Sequence record: OP172789
Length of the DNA: 64,000 nt
Direction: 5' to 3' (one strand)
From: Escherichia phage ECO71P1
The translations under genes and the position numbers were made by a program. Shown here piece by piece: positions 35,528 through 46,191 of the stretch. How positions within the stretch are numbered: the first letter of the stretch is position 1; every line of letters starts with the position of its first letter. The notes below the pieces were generated by a model. That model ran no database searches. It was not told the origin of the DNA and saw only the letters and a program-made list of their open reading frames with translations.

Positions 35528-36799
35528 TCACACAAATTTAACGTTGATGAAGCCGCGCATGGTATTGGCCTTATCCCAAGGATTTGCAATCCACTCGCTG
35601 CCATAATCGGAAGGATAAGTTGGCGCTGCCTGTCCGCTTTTAACTGCTGCAATTTTGCAATCTTTGATATAAAGTCCTGGATATTCGCATGATACTGCTG
35701 AAGCAATTTCAAAAGAAGATTGAGATTGACCTACTGCATACCCCTGCTCACCGTTGAAATTGCCATTGCCGTAATTCAGTACAGCGGCAATAATAGACTC
35801 TGCATCAGCGGTCGCCGTTCCTCTTGAAACGGTTATGTCAACATACAAATCATATATCACTGCAGTGTTAAATTTGACGAAATAAGACAGTTGTGATTCT
35901 GAATCAACCACTTCGATTCCATCAGGCGAGTTTACCGGATTGCCTTGATTAGTAGCGCCAAAGTCCCAAGGTTGACCGCCCATCTTCGCCTTGAATATCG
36001 TCTCCGCAAACACTTGCTTGTCAAATGTTCCGCTTGCGCATACCCAAACACCGTTAGGCGTTGAGAAGGTGATGCCGCGCACCGTTCCAGGGACTCCCGT
36101 GTCATTCTCCACGACCATCACAGACTCTACACCGTCGACCGACATGGCGCGAGCGCGTATGGCACCAAGCGATGCGATGCCCTGCTGGTAAAGACGCTTA
36201 ACGCGAGCGGCCTTTAATGCTCCGTCGCCCATGTATTGTGTTCCTGGCACGGTTGTCGTTGCCGACGTTGAATAAGTTCTTGACCATCCGATGACGTCAT
36301 AACCTTGCACCACTGTGAACTCTTCATCAGGTGCAACAGTGAATGATCCATAGTCTTTTGACGCAAGAGTCATGTTGCTTGTCTTGCCAGTCGAAGTGAT
36401 TTGAACGTCTTCCAGCACATACCAGTATGTGCCATTTGAATCAGTAAGAAGACTTCCAGCAGGAATTTCCAACAGCGGCGTTCCCTCTGCAGTCACACCT
36501 TTCAGCATCGTGCTTACGTTCTTTGTTCGCTCGATACCAAGAAGCGCCGCGATTGCATCAAGATATACTCCATATGAGTAGTTAGGGTTGATGAGGCTTC
36601 CCAATTCGGCATTGTTCTTCATCACTGAAGTTCTTGCCAACGTCTCTGTTGCGATTAGCGTGCCTTGCGGCGTCGAAGCATCAACATCAAGCCCGACCCC
36701 TAAAGACTCAATCCATTCACCTTGAACATCAGCCAATAAATCTGCCGTGTCAATGGTGATCACACCAGTGCTTACTATGTAAGAATATTGTGCACTCAT
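35528..36799 (-). CDS. baseplate J-like protein
   Basis: 423 aa; position and N-terminal sequence character; family assignment by resemblance. Confidence 0.55.
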   Translation of the reverse strand: MSAQYSYIVSTGVITIDTADLLADVQGEWIESLGVGLDVDASTPQGTLIATETLARTSVMKNNAELGSLINPNYSYGVYLDAIAALLGIERTKNVSTMLKGVTAEGTPLLEIPAGSLLTDSNGTYWYVLEDVQITSTGKTSNMTLASKDYGSFTVAPDEEFTVVQGYDVIGWSRTYSTSATTTVPGTQYMGDGALKAARVKRLYQQGIASLGAIRARAMSVDGVESVMVVENDTGVPGTVRGITFSTPNGVWVCASGTFDKQVFAETIFKAKMGGQPWDFGATNQGNPVNSPDGIEVVDSESQLSYFVKFNTAVIYDLYVDITVSRGTATADAESIIAAVLNYGNGNFNGEQGYAVGQSQSSFEIASAVSCEYPGLYIKDCKIAAVKSGQAAPTYPSDYGSEWIANPWDKANTMRGFINVKFV

Positions 36800-37521
36800 T
36801 CTATCATATTCCCAGTTCTGTTTCCAGGCCCGTTACCGATATGCCCGTGAGTGGATACATCAATGCCGCCGACCGTTGTGCCAGTCGGAAGCGTTGCCGT
36901 CGTTCCTTCTTTGCCTTCTATCCCGCCATTGAATGTTGCCTTTCCATTTACTATCAATTGTTGATCGATAGTGGTTATCGGGGTCTTGACGTTTACTCCA
37001 GCAGATGCAGTAATGTTTATTGAGTCATCACTTAGTGCAATTCTCACAGCGCCGCTGAGGGACTGGATTACCATTGACCCTGCATCCTCTCCGCTTATGG
37101 TGTATTTTCGGAATACATCCGGTATGAACAGCCCATCAGCGAAAGTTTTTACACGGCCATTGGTAGGCGCTGTCGGCTTCAATTCTTCAAGGAATGTCGA
37201 CAACTCGCGGTCGCCAGCGAATATCCAGCCCAAGTCGCCTTCCTTCAAAGGGAAGTTGATCACGAATCCGCCGCCGCCGATTGCCAATACCGGAATTGAC
37301 ACCAAAGGTTGACGCTCCACTGGCTTATCATCAAGACTTACGAAATGAATAACAGGTTTTATGACTGCTAAATTTTTCTTGCGGTCATAAGATATTACTT
37401 GCGCAGGAATCATGCCATCAGTGGTATACTTGCCACGGTCCAGCATTCCCTGAAGCGCGGCAAACATACTTGATTTGTCAGTTTGGTTGGGGCTTGTAAG
37501 TTGGGTTAACTTTTCTGCCAT
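36796..37521 (-). CDS. baseplate protein (spike/gp25-like candidate)
   Basis: Position in baseplate cluster; start adjusted to ATG after AAGGAG. Confidence 0.45.
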   Translation of the reverse strand: MAEKLTQLTSPNQTDKSSMFAALQGMLDRGKYTTDGMIPAQVISYDRKKNLAVIKPVIHFVSLDDKPVERQPLVSIPVLAIGGGGFVINFPLKEGDLGWIFAGDRELSTFLEELKPTAPTNGRVKTFADGLFIPDVFRKYTISGEDAGSMVIQSLSGAVRIALSDDSINITASAGVNVKTPITTIDQQLIVNGKATFNGGIEGKEGTTATLPTGTTVGGIDVSTHGHIGNGPGNRTGNMIE

Positions 37522-37581
37522 CATAGACTCCTTATATCTGATCAACAAATTATAATCTATAAGGAGTCTATAAGCAATATT

Positions 37582-38103
37582 TTAGCGATTTGACTTTGAT
37601 TCTTTAATGGCAGCTTCGTTTGAGTAGGCTTCATTAAGTGATTTTGCTATTAAACCATCAAACATAGCAAATGCATCACGCAGTGAATAGTATTCTTCCA
37701 ACTCCTTTAAAGATGCAAGGCCGTTATTTATTAGACTTGCAACCATTGGCTCAAGATAATTAGGCTCTACTGTCGGTGCATCCGCCAAGAATCTATTTGG
37801 AATTTTGGTGCTTTTCCAATCGCTAAGGAATCCAAAGTTGTGCTTTTTAACGGCTTCCATTAACACTTTCAACACAAGATTAGGCGGCAAGTGATTAGGA
37901 ATACTTTTCACTTCTTCACTAATTACTTTTTCAGAATTAAGCCTTACTTTGGACCCGTCGTATTTTATTACATAACATTCACTCAATAATTCAAGTGGGG
38001 TTAATATACTTATGTCATCGACCATTTCAAATGCATCTATTGCGCTGAATTGATGAATTTCATAAGTTACGCCAAACAAGTCGATTATTTTATTCTTTCT
38101 CAT
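37582..38103 (-). CDS. hypothetical tail/baseplate-region protein (173 aa)
   Basis: ORF track; within baseplate cluster. Confidence 0.45.
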   Translation of the reverse strand: MRKNKIIDLFGVTYEIHQFSAIDAFEMVDDISILTPLELLSECYVIKYDGSKVRLNSEKVISEEVKSIPNHLPPNLVLKVLMEAVKKHNFGFLSDWKSTKIPNRFLADAPTVEPNYLEPMVASLINNGLASLKELEEYYSLRDAFAMFDGLIAKSLNEAYSNEAAIKESKSNR

Positions 38104-38105
38104 AT

Positions 38106-38978
38106 TTATGCCGATGGTGCAACGCCGCCCGTCACCGTAAATATGTCATCACGACTCGCTAAATCATATTCAAGTTGCATGATGACAAATGTGGTGTCGT
38201 TCAAGCTTGGGTTTAAGACTGATTTGAATTTAACACCTTGTGCAAGCTTCAAATCTGCGTTATACATACAAGTGAAGTCTGCACCCCACTCGTTCCACAT
38301 CGGTATTCCGACAAATTCCTCAATGACCGTAATCTGGTCTGGATTTAGAATTTTGTCTTTATCCTTAACAATTAACGTATCGTCATCAATGTATGCCGCG
38401 ATGGAGTTGCGTTGATAGTTCTGGATCTCAAGCAGCAGCGCAGCAGCAACATATGTCGTTCTTCCTGGGTTTACAAGGCGCTGATTGTTAATCGACGTGT
38501 CGCAAATAACAGTATCAATGTCCATTTGCTTTGCAGACCATTCCACAAACTCTTTGAAAGTCGGGTTGGATGGCGCGGCTTGAGTTATGAACTTCGTTCT
38601 GTTTATTTGGTTTGTATAACACGTGATTCTGATGACGATATTCGGCGGCGGCGCTGTTATCTCCACCGTAGTCACCTGTCCCTTGTATACCAAGTTGCTG
38701 CTGATTACGCTCCCCTCTCTGTATCCAGCTTCAATAGTCACGTTAACGTAGTTCGCCGCCAACTGACCTTGGTCACGCAGACGTTTGTTGAATGCCGTGA
38801 AGTTGGAAAGCAGATACTCTCTCAAGTACCCTGTCAATCCTGCGACTTCAATCGTGGCCTTATTCTGAACGGAAAGTGCTGCCTTTTTGATTCGGCATCT
38901 GAGCATCAATCCTTCATCAAGAACTTGGCTTGTGCCATCCGGCATAGATAAGGTGACCTTAAGGATTCTCTTTTTCAA
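38106..38978 (-). CDS. tail/baseplate hub candidate (290 aa)
   Basis: Immediately downstream of tape measure gene. Confidence 0.45.
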   Translation of the reverse strand: MKKRILKVTLSMPDGTSQVLDEGLMLRCRIKKAALSVQNKATIEVAGLTGYLREYLLSNFTAFNKRLRDQGQLAANYVNVTIEAGYREGSVISSNLVYKGQVTTVEITAPPPNIVIRITCYTNQINRTKFITQAAPSNPTFKEFVEWSAKQMDIDTVICDTSINNQRLVNPGRTTYVAAALLLEIQNYQRNSIAAYIDDDTLIVKDKDKILNPDQITVIEEFVGIPMWNEWGADFTCMYNADLKLAQGVKFKSVLNPSLNDTTFVIMQLEYDLASRDDIFTVTGGVAPSA

Positions 38979-38982
38979 ATTA

Positions 38983-41163
38983 TCACCACTTCAAAGGTGT
39001 AGCAGTAAGGTTGTTTATGTCGTTGATATCATCTTGTTCAAGCACACGCTTAGTCTCAATCGCCGTGCTTCTTGGGTCTTGAGCGCCGTTGACGTTGATG
39101 ACAACGTTTTTCTGACCCATAGTAATATCACGCCCACCAGGTCGACTATTCGCGGAAAGGTCGCCGCCGTATTTCTGGAATGCTTCAAGCTGGAATGCCG
39201 CAAGACGAGCATTCTTCATGGCTTCGGCCTGAATGTTCGGCCTTACACCTGGAGTTGAAGCCAGCTGCATGTTTTTAATATAATCCCTTTGCGTTCCAAG
39301 TTTAAGGTAAGTTTGAGCAAAGTCAATATCACCTTTGTTGACTTGTCCTTGCATCAGCTGCTCAACTGGCACGTTGAGGTATCCTGCAATAGCTTCTTGC
39401 AGCTGTCTATATTGCACCGTTTGGCGGGATTGGCCCTGTACTGGAGCGTAGCTGCCTTTTGGCGCTTCTACTCCGCTACCGCTAAGCACTGGAGTAACTG
39501 GTGCACCTTGCGGCGCTCCCGTGGCGTATTCTCCATTCGCCTGTCGTTCGAGAGCGGCCATCACCTTGCCAGGGTATGCACGGGTGTTCTTTCCCCATCC
39601 GCTGCGGTCATATCCGCCGTGATACATAGTCAGTGCAAGATTCCAATCGCCATTGGCAGCAGTTAAATATTCCTTGAGAAGTTGAGCGCCGCCCATAATG
39701 TTTTGTCTTGGGTCATTACCGTCTGTGATACCAAGTCCCTTGAAGTTGGAAGGCATTATTTGCATCAGTCCGGTCGCGCCTGCTCCGCTTACGGCATTAG
39801 GGTTGAATCCAGATTCGACTTCTGTGACGGCCTTCATCATCGCAACAGGGATTCCATAACGCTTGGAGGCTTCCTCATAGATTGAGTCATATGCAGTCGG
39901 ATTTCCTGACCCCAAGTTGTTGCCTACGGTCGCACCAGTGCTTAGTGCTGGCGTGCCAGGCATTGCGGATTGGCCTGCGCTTCGTCCTATCTCACCAGCC
40001 CATGCAGCCCACGCTTGTCGCTCATCAATAACACCAGCAAAGGTTGAAACGGCGCTTGAAAACAGGTTTATATCGCGAGTGAAAAGTGCTTGCGCAGAAC
40101 GTTGTTCAGCCGCGTTTTGCTCCTGATTCCTCTGGCGTTTCACATCGCCGTCAGCCATCTGGGTGATCCATCTATCAACGGCACGCTCGTGGCGCTCGTT
40201 GACAGCCGCCTGTTTATCAAACGGGTGCTTCAAGTCAGCAATGAAATTGTCGACAAATTCGGACCATCCATCAGACATTCTTTGGAACATCATCTGGAAT
40301 CCTTCGACTGTATCGGCGGTTTTGCTGACAAGCGTCGAGAATGCAGGCATCACGTTCTCACCGATTACCAGTTCAATGCGTCGCCAGTCTTCTTGAATTT
40401 GGCCCATGCTGTTTCGTATCGTTTCAAGAGCGGCCTGCTGTCTTTGCAGCTTCGCGGTTTCTTCGTCGCTTATACGGGTGCTTTCTTTGACTGATTGATT
40501 TCGCTCACGAAGCGCACGGACTTCATCGGCGGTAAAACCTGCCAGAGCACCAATAGCACGAGCGGTTTGCTCATTCACACTTCTCAGCTTTGTGCCAATT
40601 TCATCAAGAAGCTGGTTTGTGTCTTTGATGCCGCCGTTACTGTTGAAAGGACTAGTGCCCATCTTGTTCAGCAACAAGTTGTCCTTGTTCATCACATCTG
40701 GGTTGGTGTATGCGTTGAATGCGAGATTAGAAGCTTTGCTGATCAAATCCCTTGACCCCTGCGCACCAAGAATGCCACCTGAACTTTCATTCAATTGTCG
40801 CTGTAATTGCTCCACGCCAATTGGTGAAAGACCTGCTTCAAATCCCAGCTTCCTTTGCGCTTCATATTCTTTTCGAACATCAACAATGGATTTGACGACG
40901 ACGGCCAATCCTGCGACAACAGGAACGAGCGCGGCAAAGCGGTAAGTAAGCCGCGCAAGGATTCCGTCAATGGACCCCAGTTCAGCTGTGAGAGGCTTCA
41001 GCTCACCAAACACATCTTTGAATGCTCCGGTGAAGTCCTTACCAGCGGCCTTTGCCTTTTTGTTTGTCTGATCAACCTTATCTTGCAATTGCTCAAGACG
41101 ATTGATGGACTCTTTCAAGTCCACCGTATATTGAAGAACAAATTTTTCTAATGAGTCAGACAC
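38983..41163 (-). CDS. tail tape measure protein with C-terminal lytic transglycosylase (SLT) domain
   Basis: Coiled-coil N-terminal region; SLT catalytic motif TEVESGFNP...GLMQIMP; 726 aa. Confidence 0.8.
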   Translation of the reverse strand: MSDSLEKFVLQYTVDLKESINRLEQLQDKVDQTNKKAKAAGKDFTGAFKDVFGELKPLTAELGSIDGILARLTYRFAALVPVVAGLAVVVKSIVDVRKEYEAQRKLGFEAGLSPIGVEQLQRQLNESSGGILGAQGSRDLISKASNLAFNAYTNPDVMNKDNLLLNKMGTSPFNSNGGIKDTNQLLDEIGTKLRSVNEQTARAIGALAGFTADEVRALRERNQSVKESTRISDEETAKLQRQQAALETIRNSMGQIQEDWRRIELVIGENVMPAFSTLVSKTADTVEGFQMMFQRMSDGWSEFVDNFIADLKHPFDKQAAVNERHERAVDRWITQMADGDVKRQRNQEQNAAEQRSAQALFTRDINLFSSAVSTFAGVIDERQAWAAWAGEIGRSAGQSAMPGTPALSTGATVGNNLGSGNPTAYDSIYEEASKRYGIPVAMMKAVTEVESGFNPNAVSGAGATGLMQIMPSNFKGLGITDGNDPRQNIMGGAQLLKEYLTAANGDWNLALTMYHGGYDRSGWGKNTRAYPGKVMAALERQANGEYATGAPQGAPVTPVLSGSGVEAPKGSYAPVQGQSRQTVQYRQLQEAIAGYLNVPVEQLMQGQVNKGDIDFAQTYLKLGTQRDYIKNMQLASTPGVRPNIQAEAMKNARLAAFQLEAFQKYGGDLSANSRPGGRDITMGQKNVVINVNGAQDPRSTAIETKRVLEQDDINDINNLTATPLKW

Positions 41164-41166
41164 AGT

Positions 41167-41583
41167 TTACCCCTTGTTTGGAGTCTCGCCGCTGAGGAAT
41201 GGCGCGATTAATCGCATCGATTCGCCAATAAATGCTGCAGCCATTTCGCCGCCAGCTTGTTCCCAGTATCCTTCACGTTCAGCGTGAGTCTCTGGGTTTA
41301 TTCCGTTTTCCATCAACACTGCTTCGAAAACCAATTTTAAGTTTTCCCAGTCGCCAAGATGGTTGTCAATAAGTGCGCCAGTGCTCAGAGGAATTTCTTG
41401 CCCGACATCAAGTTCAACCTTCGCAAAGCTTAATACTTCCATTGTGTATTCTGAACGAAAGGCAGGGTCTTTTGACATCGCAAATTCGATGAATCGGCGC
41501 TGTATGTTCCAACCTTCCATCGCAGTCATTTTGCTGATTTTAATTTCTACTTTACGACCAGTTTGTTTATTGGTGATCTTCAT
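41167..41583 (-). CDS. tail assembly chaperone candidate
   Basis: Small gene directly upstream of tape measure gene. Confidence 0.4.
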   Translation of the reverse strand: MKITNKQTGRKVEIKISKMTAMEGWNIQRRFIEFAMSKDPAFRSEYTMEVLSFAKVELDVGQEIPLSTGALIDNHLGDWENLKLVFEAVLMENGINPETHAEREGYWEQAGGEMAAAFIGESMRLIAPFLSGETPNKG

Positions 41584-41584
41584 T

Positions 41585-42145
41585 TTATATTCCTACTGTT
41601 GATTTTATTTTATTATATAACGAACTCACAGTTGTAGTCAAACTGACTGGCTCTTTAATAGCCACGCCATTTGACGATTCATCTGCGGACTGTTTAGGGT
41701 CAAAGCTTCCCTGAATACTAAATGACGTCTGTTCAAATGTTATTACAATTGAGACTCCATTCAGGTTTTCTTCTGACTGAGTTATTTCGACATCAGACAT
41801 CGACATTTTGCTTGCAATTATGCTTCGAGAAGTTATTGAAAATGTAACTTCATCATTGTCGAATGTATTAATTATGTTTTCAATAGTCGATTGGTCGTTG
41901 CAAATTACGTTTAGCGCCATGTGCGCTGGCATTATTACTTTTGCCGCCTGTAGATTGCTTACTGAGGATGTGCTTGATACTTCCACCACCTGCATCGCCG
42001 TTCCAGCAAGTGGAAATTGAGTAGTTTCTGCTGGTGATGTTATTTCTGCAGATACTGGAGAAAGCTTTGTCCATACAGGAATCCCTGTTGACTCATTCGT
42101 TATGGTCAGAGATTGACCAGAGAGCAGAATCGAAACAAAGTCCAT
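41585..42145 (-). CDS. hypothetical tail protein (186 aa)
   Basis: ORF track; structural block. Confidence 0.45.
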   Translation of the reverse strand: MDFVSILLSGQSLTITNESTGIPVWTKLSPVSAEITSPAETTQFPLAGTAMQVVEVSSTSSVSNLQAAKVIMPAHMALNVICNDQSTIENIINTFDNDEVTFSITSRSIIASKMSMSDVEITQSEENLNGVSIVITFEQTSFSIQGSFDPKQSADESSNGVAIKEPVSLTTTVSSLYNKIKSTVGI

Positions 42146-42678
42146 CAGAACATCCCCTTGATGCCATTCATCACCTTTGTTGCAACGCCAGTGACGCTGG
42201 CAGTAGTCTCTTTTATATAAGCGATGCCGCGCTCAATGACAGTGGAGTCGGCTGCTTGCGCTGTTTGAATAGACACATCCTGCTGTGTTAATATCTCATG
42301 GAAGACCAGTTGTATGGGTTGTGAGGTTATATTGTCAGCATCTTGGCTGAAATTGTTATTTTGCAGCACCATACGTTCAAAGATTAGCCCACGAGAATTT
42401 ATTGTGTATATCGTGGACCTGTTCTGCAACATCTTTGCGATTGCGTCGGACGCGCTTTTTGTCTGTGCTATTACAGTCACAGTCAATATTCTAGGCATTT
42501 TGACTCTGCCATCGACGATATAGCTTCCGTCTTCCCTTTGGTTTTTGAATATCTTTGCTTGGAGTCTTATTTTTACGTTAACAATAGCCCAACCAAGCGT
42601 TGACACTTCCCCAAGGTTGAAGCTTCTTATTTTGAAGCTTCTGTTTGAAAGACTATATGACAATAAATCGATAGCCAT
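42145..42678 (-). CDS. hypothetical tail protein (177 aa)
   Basis: ORF track; structural block. Confidence 0.45.
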   Translation of the reverse strand: MAIDLLSYSLSNRSFKIRSFNLGEVSTLGWAIVNVKIRLQAKIFKNQREDGSYIVDGRVKMPRILTVTVIAQTKSASDAIAKMLQNRSTIYTINSRGLIFERMVLQNNNFSQDADNITSQPIQLVFHEILTQQDVSIQTAQAADSTVIERGIAYIKETTASVTGVATKVMNGIKGMF

Positions 42679-43175
42679 TAAATTGACCCCAATATGCTCT
42701 GCACCACGCCTTTTGCAATTTGCGATGTGCTCTGTGCGCCGCCGTAGCTGGCAAACACGAATGTGTATCTGTTTGTCTTGCGACGACCTGATTGCTCAAT
42801 GGAGTCGCCAAGCGGACCGCTGATGATGGTCCCGTTCGAAAATGCTACTCTGCCGCCGTCAGGATATGTAATAAGCATTGATGTGACATCCTGGATAGGA
42901 AGCCACTTGAATCCGCCTTTACGAGCGGAAAGCAAAAGCTTTAGGTTTATGTCGTCTTCAGTGTTTGGGATCACTGCAATGGATACGCGAACGACGGCGG
43001 CCTTGTCATAAATACAAATGCCGCCGTCGTAAGTAAGTTGATAGCCTACTGATTCAACTTCCTCAATAATTAGCGAATCCTGGTCATCAGACAAAGAACT
43101 GATATTCAGCCCAACAGGAAAAGATTGGAGAGCGACAATTCTAATGCTTGTGCCAAATCCACTAATATTGACCAT
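42678..43175 (-). CDS. tail tube-like protein, paralogue B
   Basis: N-terminus MVNISGFGTSIRIVA... paralogous to 44126-44593; size about 165 aa. Confidence 0.5.
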   Translation of the reverse strand: MVNISGFGTSIRIVALQSFPVGLNISSLSDDQDSLIIEEVESVGYQLTYDGGICIYDKAAVVRVSIAVIPNTEDDINLKLLLSARKGGFKWLPIQDVTSMLITYPDGGRVAFSNGTIISGPLGDSIEQSGRRKTNRYTFVFASYGGAQSTSQIAKGVVQSILGSI

Positions 43176-43177
43176 GT

Positions 43178-43444
43178 TTACTCCGCAGATGCAGATTTAA
43201 CTGCTGCAAGAATTTCATCCTTATAAGAAAGACCTTTGATGTCAATCTCATGTTCCTTTGCATAAGCCTTCAATGCAGAGACGCTCATTGAATCAAAATC
43301 AACTTTCGATTCTACTGCCCTCTCTTCAACCTGTTCTTTCTTCTCCGCAACAGGGTTTGAAGTCTTTTTGAATAATTCCGATGCGTCTTCAAATTTTTCG
43401 CCAAATTTCATGACGCCATTAGCAAAATGAATTACTTGTGCCAT
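43178..43444 (-). CDS. hypothetical protein (88 aa)
   Basis: ORF track. Confidence 0.4.
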   Translation of the reverse strand: MAQVIHFANGVMKFGEKFEDASELFKKTSNPVAEKKEQVEERAVESKVDFDSMSVSALKAYAKEHEIDIKGLSYKDEILAAVKSASAE

Positions 43445-43800
43445 TATTGATTACTCACCTTTATACGTTCGCCATAAATAGTCACCACTTCAGCGGTGAA
43501 TCCAAGAATACCGTTTTGGATGGTGACAGTCAATGAGTCGATTCCGGCAACGTCTGCTTTCTTCAGAATAGCATCTGCAATCGACTTTCTCGCACCGTCT
43601 TCATCAACGGGCGATTTGAAAACAGTGCCTAAATAATCGACTCCGTTTTCAACATCGTACAAGTCTTCACCAAGTCGCATTTGATGCGCTGCCTTGATAA
43701 CTTGTACCATGGCCTTTTCTCCTGACAGAATATTCAAATTTCTTCCATCAGGCAGAAACAGGTCGTTGTTATCATTAACTTCAATCGTTAGAGTTGTCAA
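43444..43800 (-). CDS. hypothetical protein (118 aa)
   Basis: ORF track. Confidence 0.4.
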   Translation of the reverse strand: MTTLTIEVNDNNDLFLPDGRNLNILSGEKAMVQVIKAAHQMRLGEDLYDVENGVDYLGTVFKSPVDEDGARKSIADAILKKADVAGIDSLTVTIQNGILGFTAEVVTIYGERIKVSNQ

Positions 43801-44126
43801 ATTGCAAACTCCGCTTCAGCAGTTTTCTGGAATTCAGCCAACTCAGATTCTGACATGTAATATAAATTACAGCCACCAGAGTTAAAATTCTCATAATCGG
43901 GTGCGCTGTCAAAAATAAAATTGCCGTACCCAATCATGAGATATTTATAAGGCACCATTGGTATACCACCAAAACAGCGCACCCCTTGAATCAACAATTC
44001 GCCATTGCGGTAAACATCTGCGCACATGTGCTCAATTGCGGCGAATATGTGCAGCTGCCAATAAGCCCCGTCAACGTTAAAGCTGATATTCTGGTTAGGT
44101 ACGCTGTCAAGTGGTATTTGATACAT
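43797..44126 (-). CDS. hypothetical protein (109 aa)
   Basis: ORF track. Confidence 0.4.
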   Translation of the reverse strand: MYQIPLDSVPNQNISFNVDGAYWQLHIFAAIEHMCADVYRNGELLIQGVRCFGGIPMVPYKYLMIGYGNFIFDSAPDYENFNSGGCNLYYMSESELAEFQKTAEAEFAI

Positions 44127-44593
44127 TATAAAATCTCTTGGTTGCTCACGCCAGTTTTGACTACGTTCTCAAACTTAAAGCGATATTGACGTGTTTTTAC
44201 ACGACCCTGAGACTGGATGCCAGGAATTACTGAACCAGTCGTCAAAGTGCCCTTGTTCAGTGTAATGACCATGCCAGAAGGGTAGGTCAGAATAAGGGTG
44301 ATCACGTCTTTCGCAGAGTTCTTGCGCTTGCCTACACGGTTAGCCGCAGCCAGAACATCTAAGTTCACATCGCTTTCAGAAGTAGGGATGATGTTGACGC
44401 CTACTTCAAGAGGGTTGGCACGGTTCCAGACTACCAGGTCACCGTTCAATCCCATTGCCGCTTCAGAGATTTGAAGATCAGGCGCGTCAATCGGATCAGC
44501 ATCATCTGCGAAATCAGAAAGAGTTACACCATTTGGAAAAGTGCTTGATGCCACTAAACGAATCGAAGCGCCAAAACCGGAAACGTTAATCAT
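44126..44593 (-). CDS. tail tube-like protein, paralogue A
   Basis: Directly downstream of sheath gene; N-terminus MINVSGFGASIRLVA... Confidence 0.55.
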   Translation of the reverse strand: MINVSGFGASIRLVASSTFPNGVTLSDFADDADPIDAPDLQISEAAMGLNGDLVVWNRANPLEVGVNIIPTSESDVNLDVLAAANRVGKRKNSAKDVITLILTYPSGMVITLNKGTLTTGSVIPGIQSQGRVKTRQYRFKFENVVKTGVSNQEIL

Positions 44594-44640
44594 TACAGAT
44601 TCCTCTCAGAGAGATGGCCGCCAGTTACGGCGGCAATTAT

Positions 44641-46179
44641 TTAGATAAGAACGTCACGACCTTCAACGCGACGCACAGCATCATCTTTAGAGTAGATTAG
44701 CGTGTATGTTGCATAGTATTCGGTGCGCCCATCGGAAGTGGTTTCAGTATCAAAATCTACAGTCAGCCAGTAACCGATAGTTTCAACCTGCCGCCAAGCG
44801 GTGTTGTCACCGGAAGTTTGCGTGATGTATTGTTTCTGAATCTCAGTCAGCGCCTTGCCAACAGAGATGGTGCCGTTAACCTTCGCATTGTCAACAGCAA
44901 CTTGAATCATGGCTTGTACAGTCGCTTTACCTTCTTCGTTTGCAGGCACGCGACCAAGATTCAAGAACATGCTGAACAGCTGAGAAGTGATAGCAGATTT
45001 AAGCCACATCTCGTTGGCATAAGTGTTCATGTCAACTGCTGCGGTAGACCCGCCCATCAATACGCCGCGCTGGAAGAATGCCAAGGTTTGTCCGGCCTGC
45101 TGAGTAGCACCGATGTAGTTCGCACGGTTTTGATCAGCAGTATCTGCGCGAGAGTCAGTTGAAACAGTCACGTTGCGAGTATCAAACTGATAATACATGT
45201 AGTTTTGAGTCGCATTCACAGTATTATAGTTTGTTGCCGCGAGGATTTCAGCAGGTGCTTGGTCGATGTAATCGTTTGCAAGGTTAGTTGCGCGAATCAT
45301 CATGCCAACGCCTGAGTACCCTTTCAGAGCGGTGTAGTATGACCCGATATTAGCGAACGAAGTCGAGAATAAATACATGTACATATTATTCTGCGAATGA
45401 GTCCACGCTGCCACAGCGGTAATTTCTTCCAGAGTTCGGTCAGCCCCAGCAAAAAGGAATGAGCCAAAGTTGTTGGAGATTTCCACAGATGCCGCGATGG
45501 CTTCTACCGGACTTGAAACGCCCTGGCCTGCAACGGTTACGGTGCCAGTGGTGGTCCAACCCAATGCCTGAGACGGGTCGGTCGGTTGGCCTGTGACGTT
45601 GATAGACAGATTGCCTGCACCAGCGGTCGACGGCGCTGCTTCCAGCGTGAACTGCTGAGTATTAGCGTTCCAATACACTTCTGCATCAGCAAGTGCAGGC
45701 ACCGACGTGCCACCTTCTGCTGCAAATTTAGTATTGATTGCCGTTTCCAGAAGTTCAGCCACATTTGCCAGGCTTGTTGCCGCTGAAAGGTTAATTGCGT
45801 CAGTCAGGTAGTCTGTGCCATCATAAGTGATGCTTAAGATAGCGCCAGTGAATGCTTGAAACGTAGCAAGCACTTTAGGCTCAGTATCACCGATGACCAT
45901 TGCTGGAATCGCAGTTGAAACAATACGCGAGAAGCTGATTGAATCAGGCGAGTTAATTTGCTTGCTGATGAATCCAAAATATAATGCTGCGCGCTTATAT
46001 TCTTCGGAAGAATAACCGAAATATGATCCAACAGCATCAGCCGTTGAAAATTCTGCTACAATGCCTGGCGGCAGAACTGTATTAGAAGTCATGACGCGAA
46101 GCGACAGTTTGCGAACTGCAACAGCCGCGCCTGCTCCGACCCCTGATACAATTTTAATATAACGAGATTGACTGATCAC
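44641..46179 (-). CDS. tail sheath protein
   Basis: 512 aa; precedes tube-like gene; GTG start with AAGAGGA RBS; assignment by position and size. Confidence 0.6.
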   Translation of the reverse strand: MISQSRYIKIVSGVGAGAAVAVRKLSLRVMTSNTVLPPGIVAEFSTADAVGSYFGYSSEEYKRAALYFGFISKQINSPDSISFSRIVSTAIPAMVIGDTEPKVLATFQAFTGAILSITYDGTDYLTDAINLSAATSLANVAELLETAINTKFAAEGGTSVPALADAEVYWNANTQQFTLEAAPSTAGAGNLSINVTGQPTDPSQALGWTTTGTVTVAGQGVSSPVEAIAASVEISNNFGSFLFAGADRTLEEITAVAAWTHSQNNMYMYLFSTSFANIGSYYTALKGYSGVGMMIRATNLANDYIDQAPAEILAATNYNTVNATQNYMYYQFDTRNVTVSTDSRADTADQNRANYIGATQQAGQTLAFFQRGVLMGGSTAAVDMNTYANEMWLKSAITSQLFSMFLNLGRVPANEEGKATVQAMIQVAVDNAKVNGTISVGKALTEIQKQYITQTSGDNTAWRQVETIGYWLTVDFDTETTSDGRTEYYATYTLIYSKDDAVRRVEGRDVLI

Positions 46180-46191
46180 GTCGGTGTCCTC

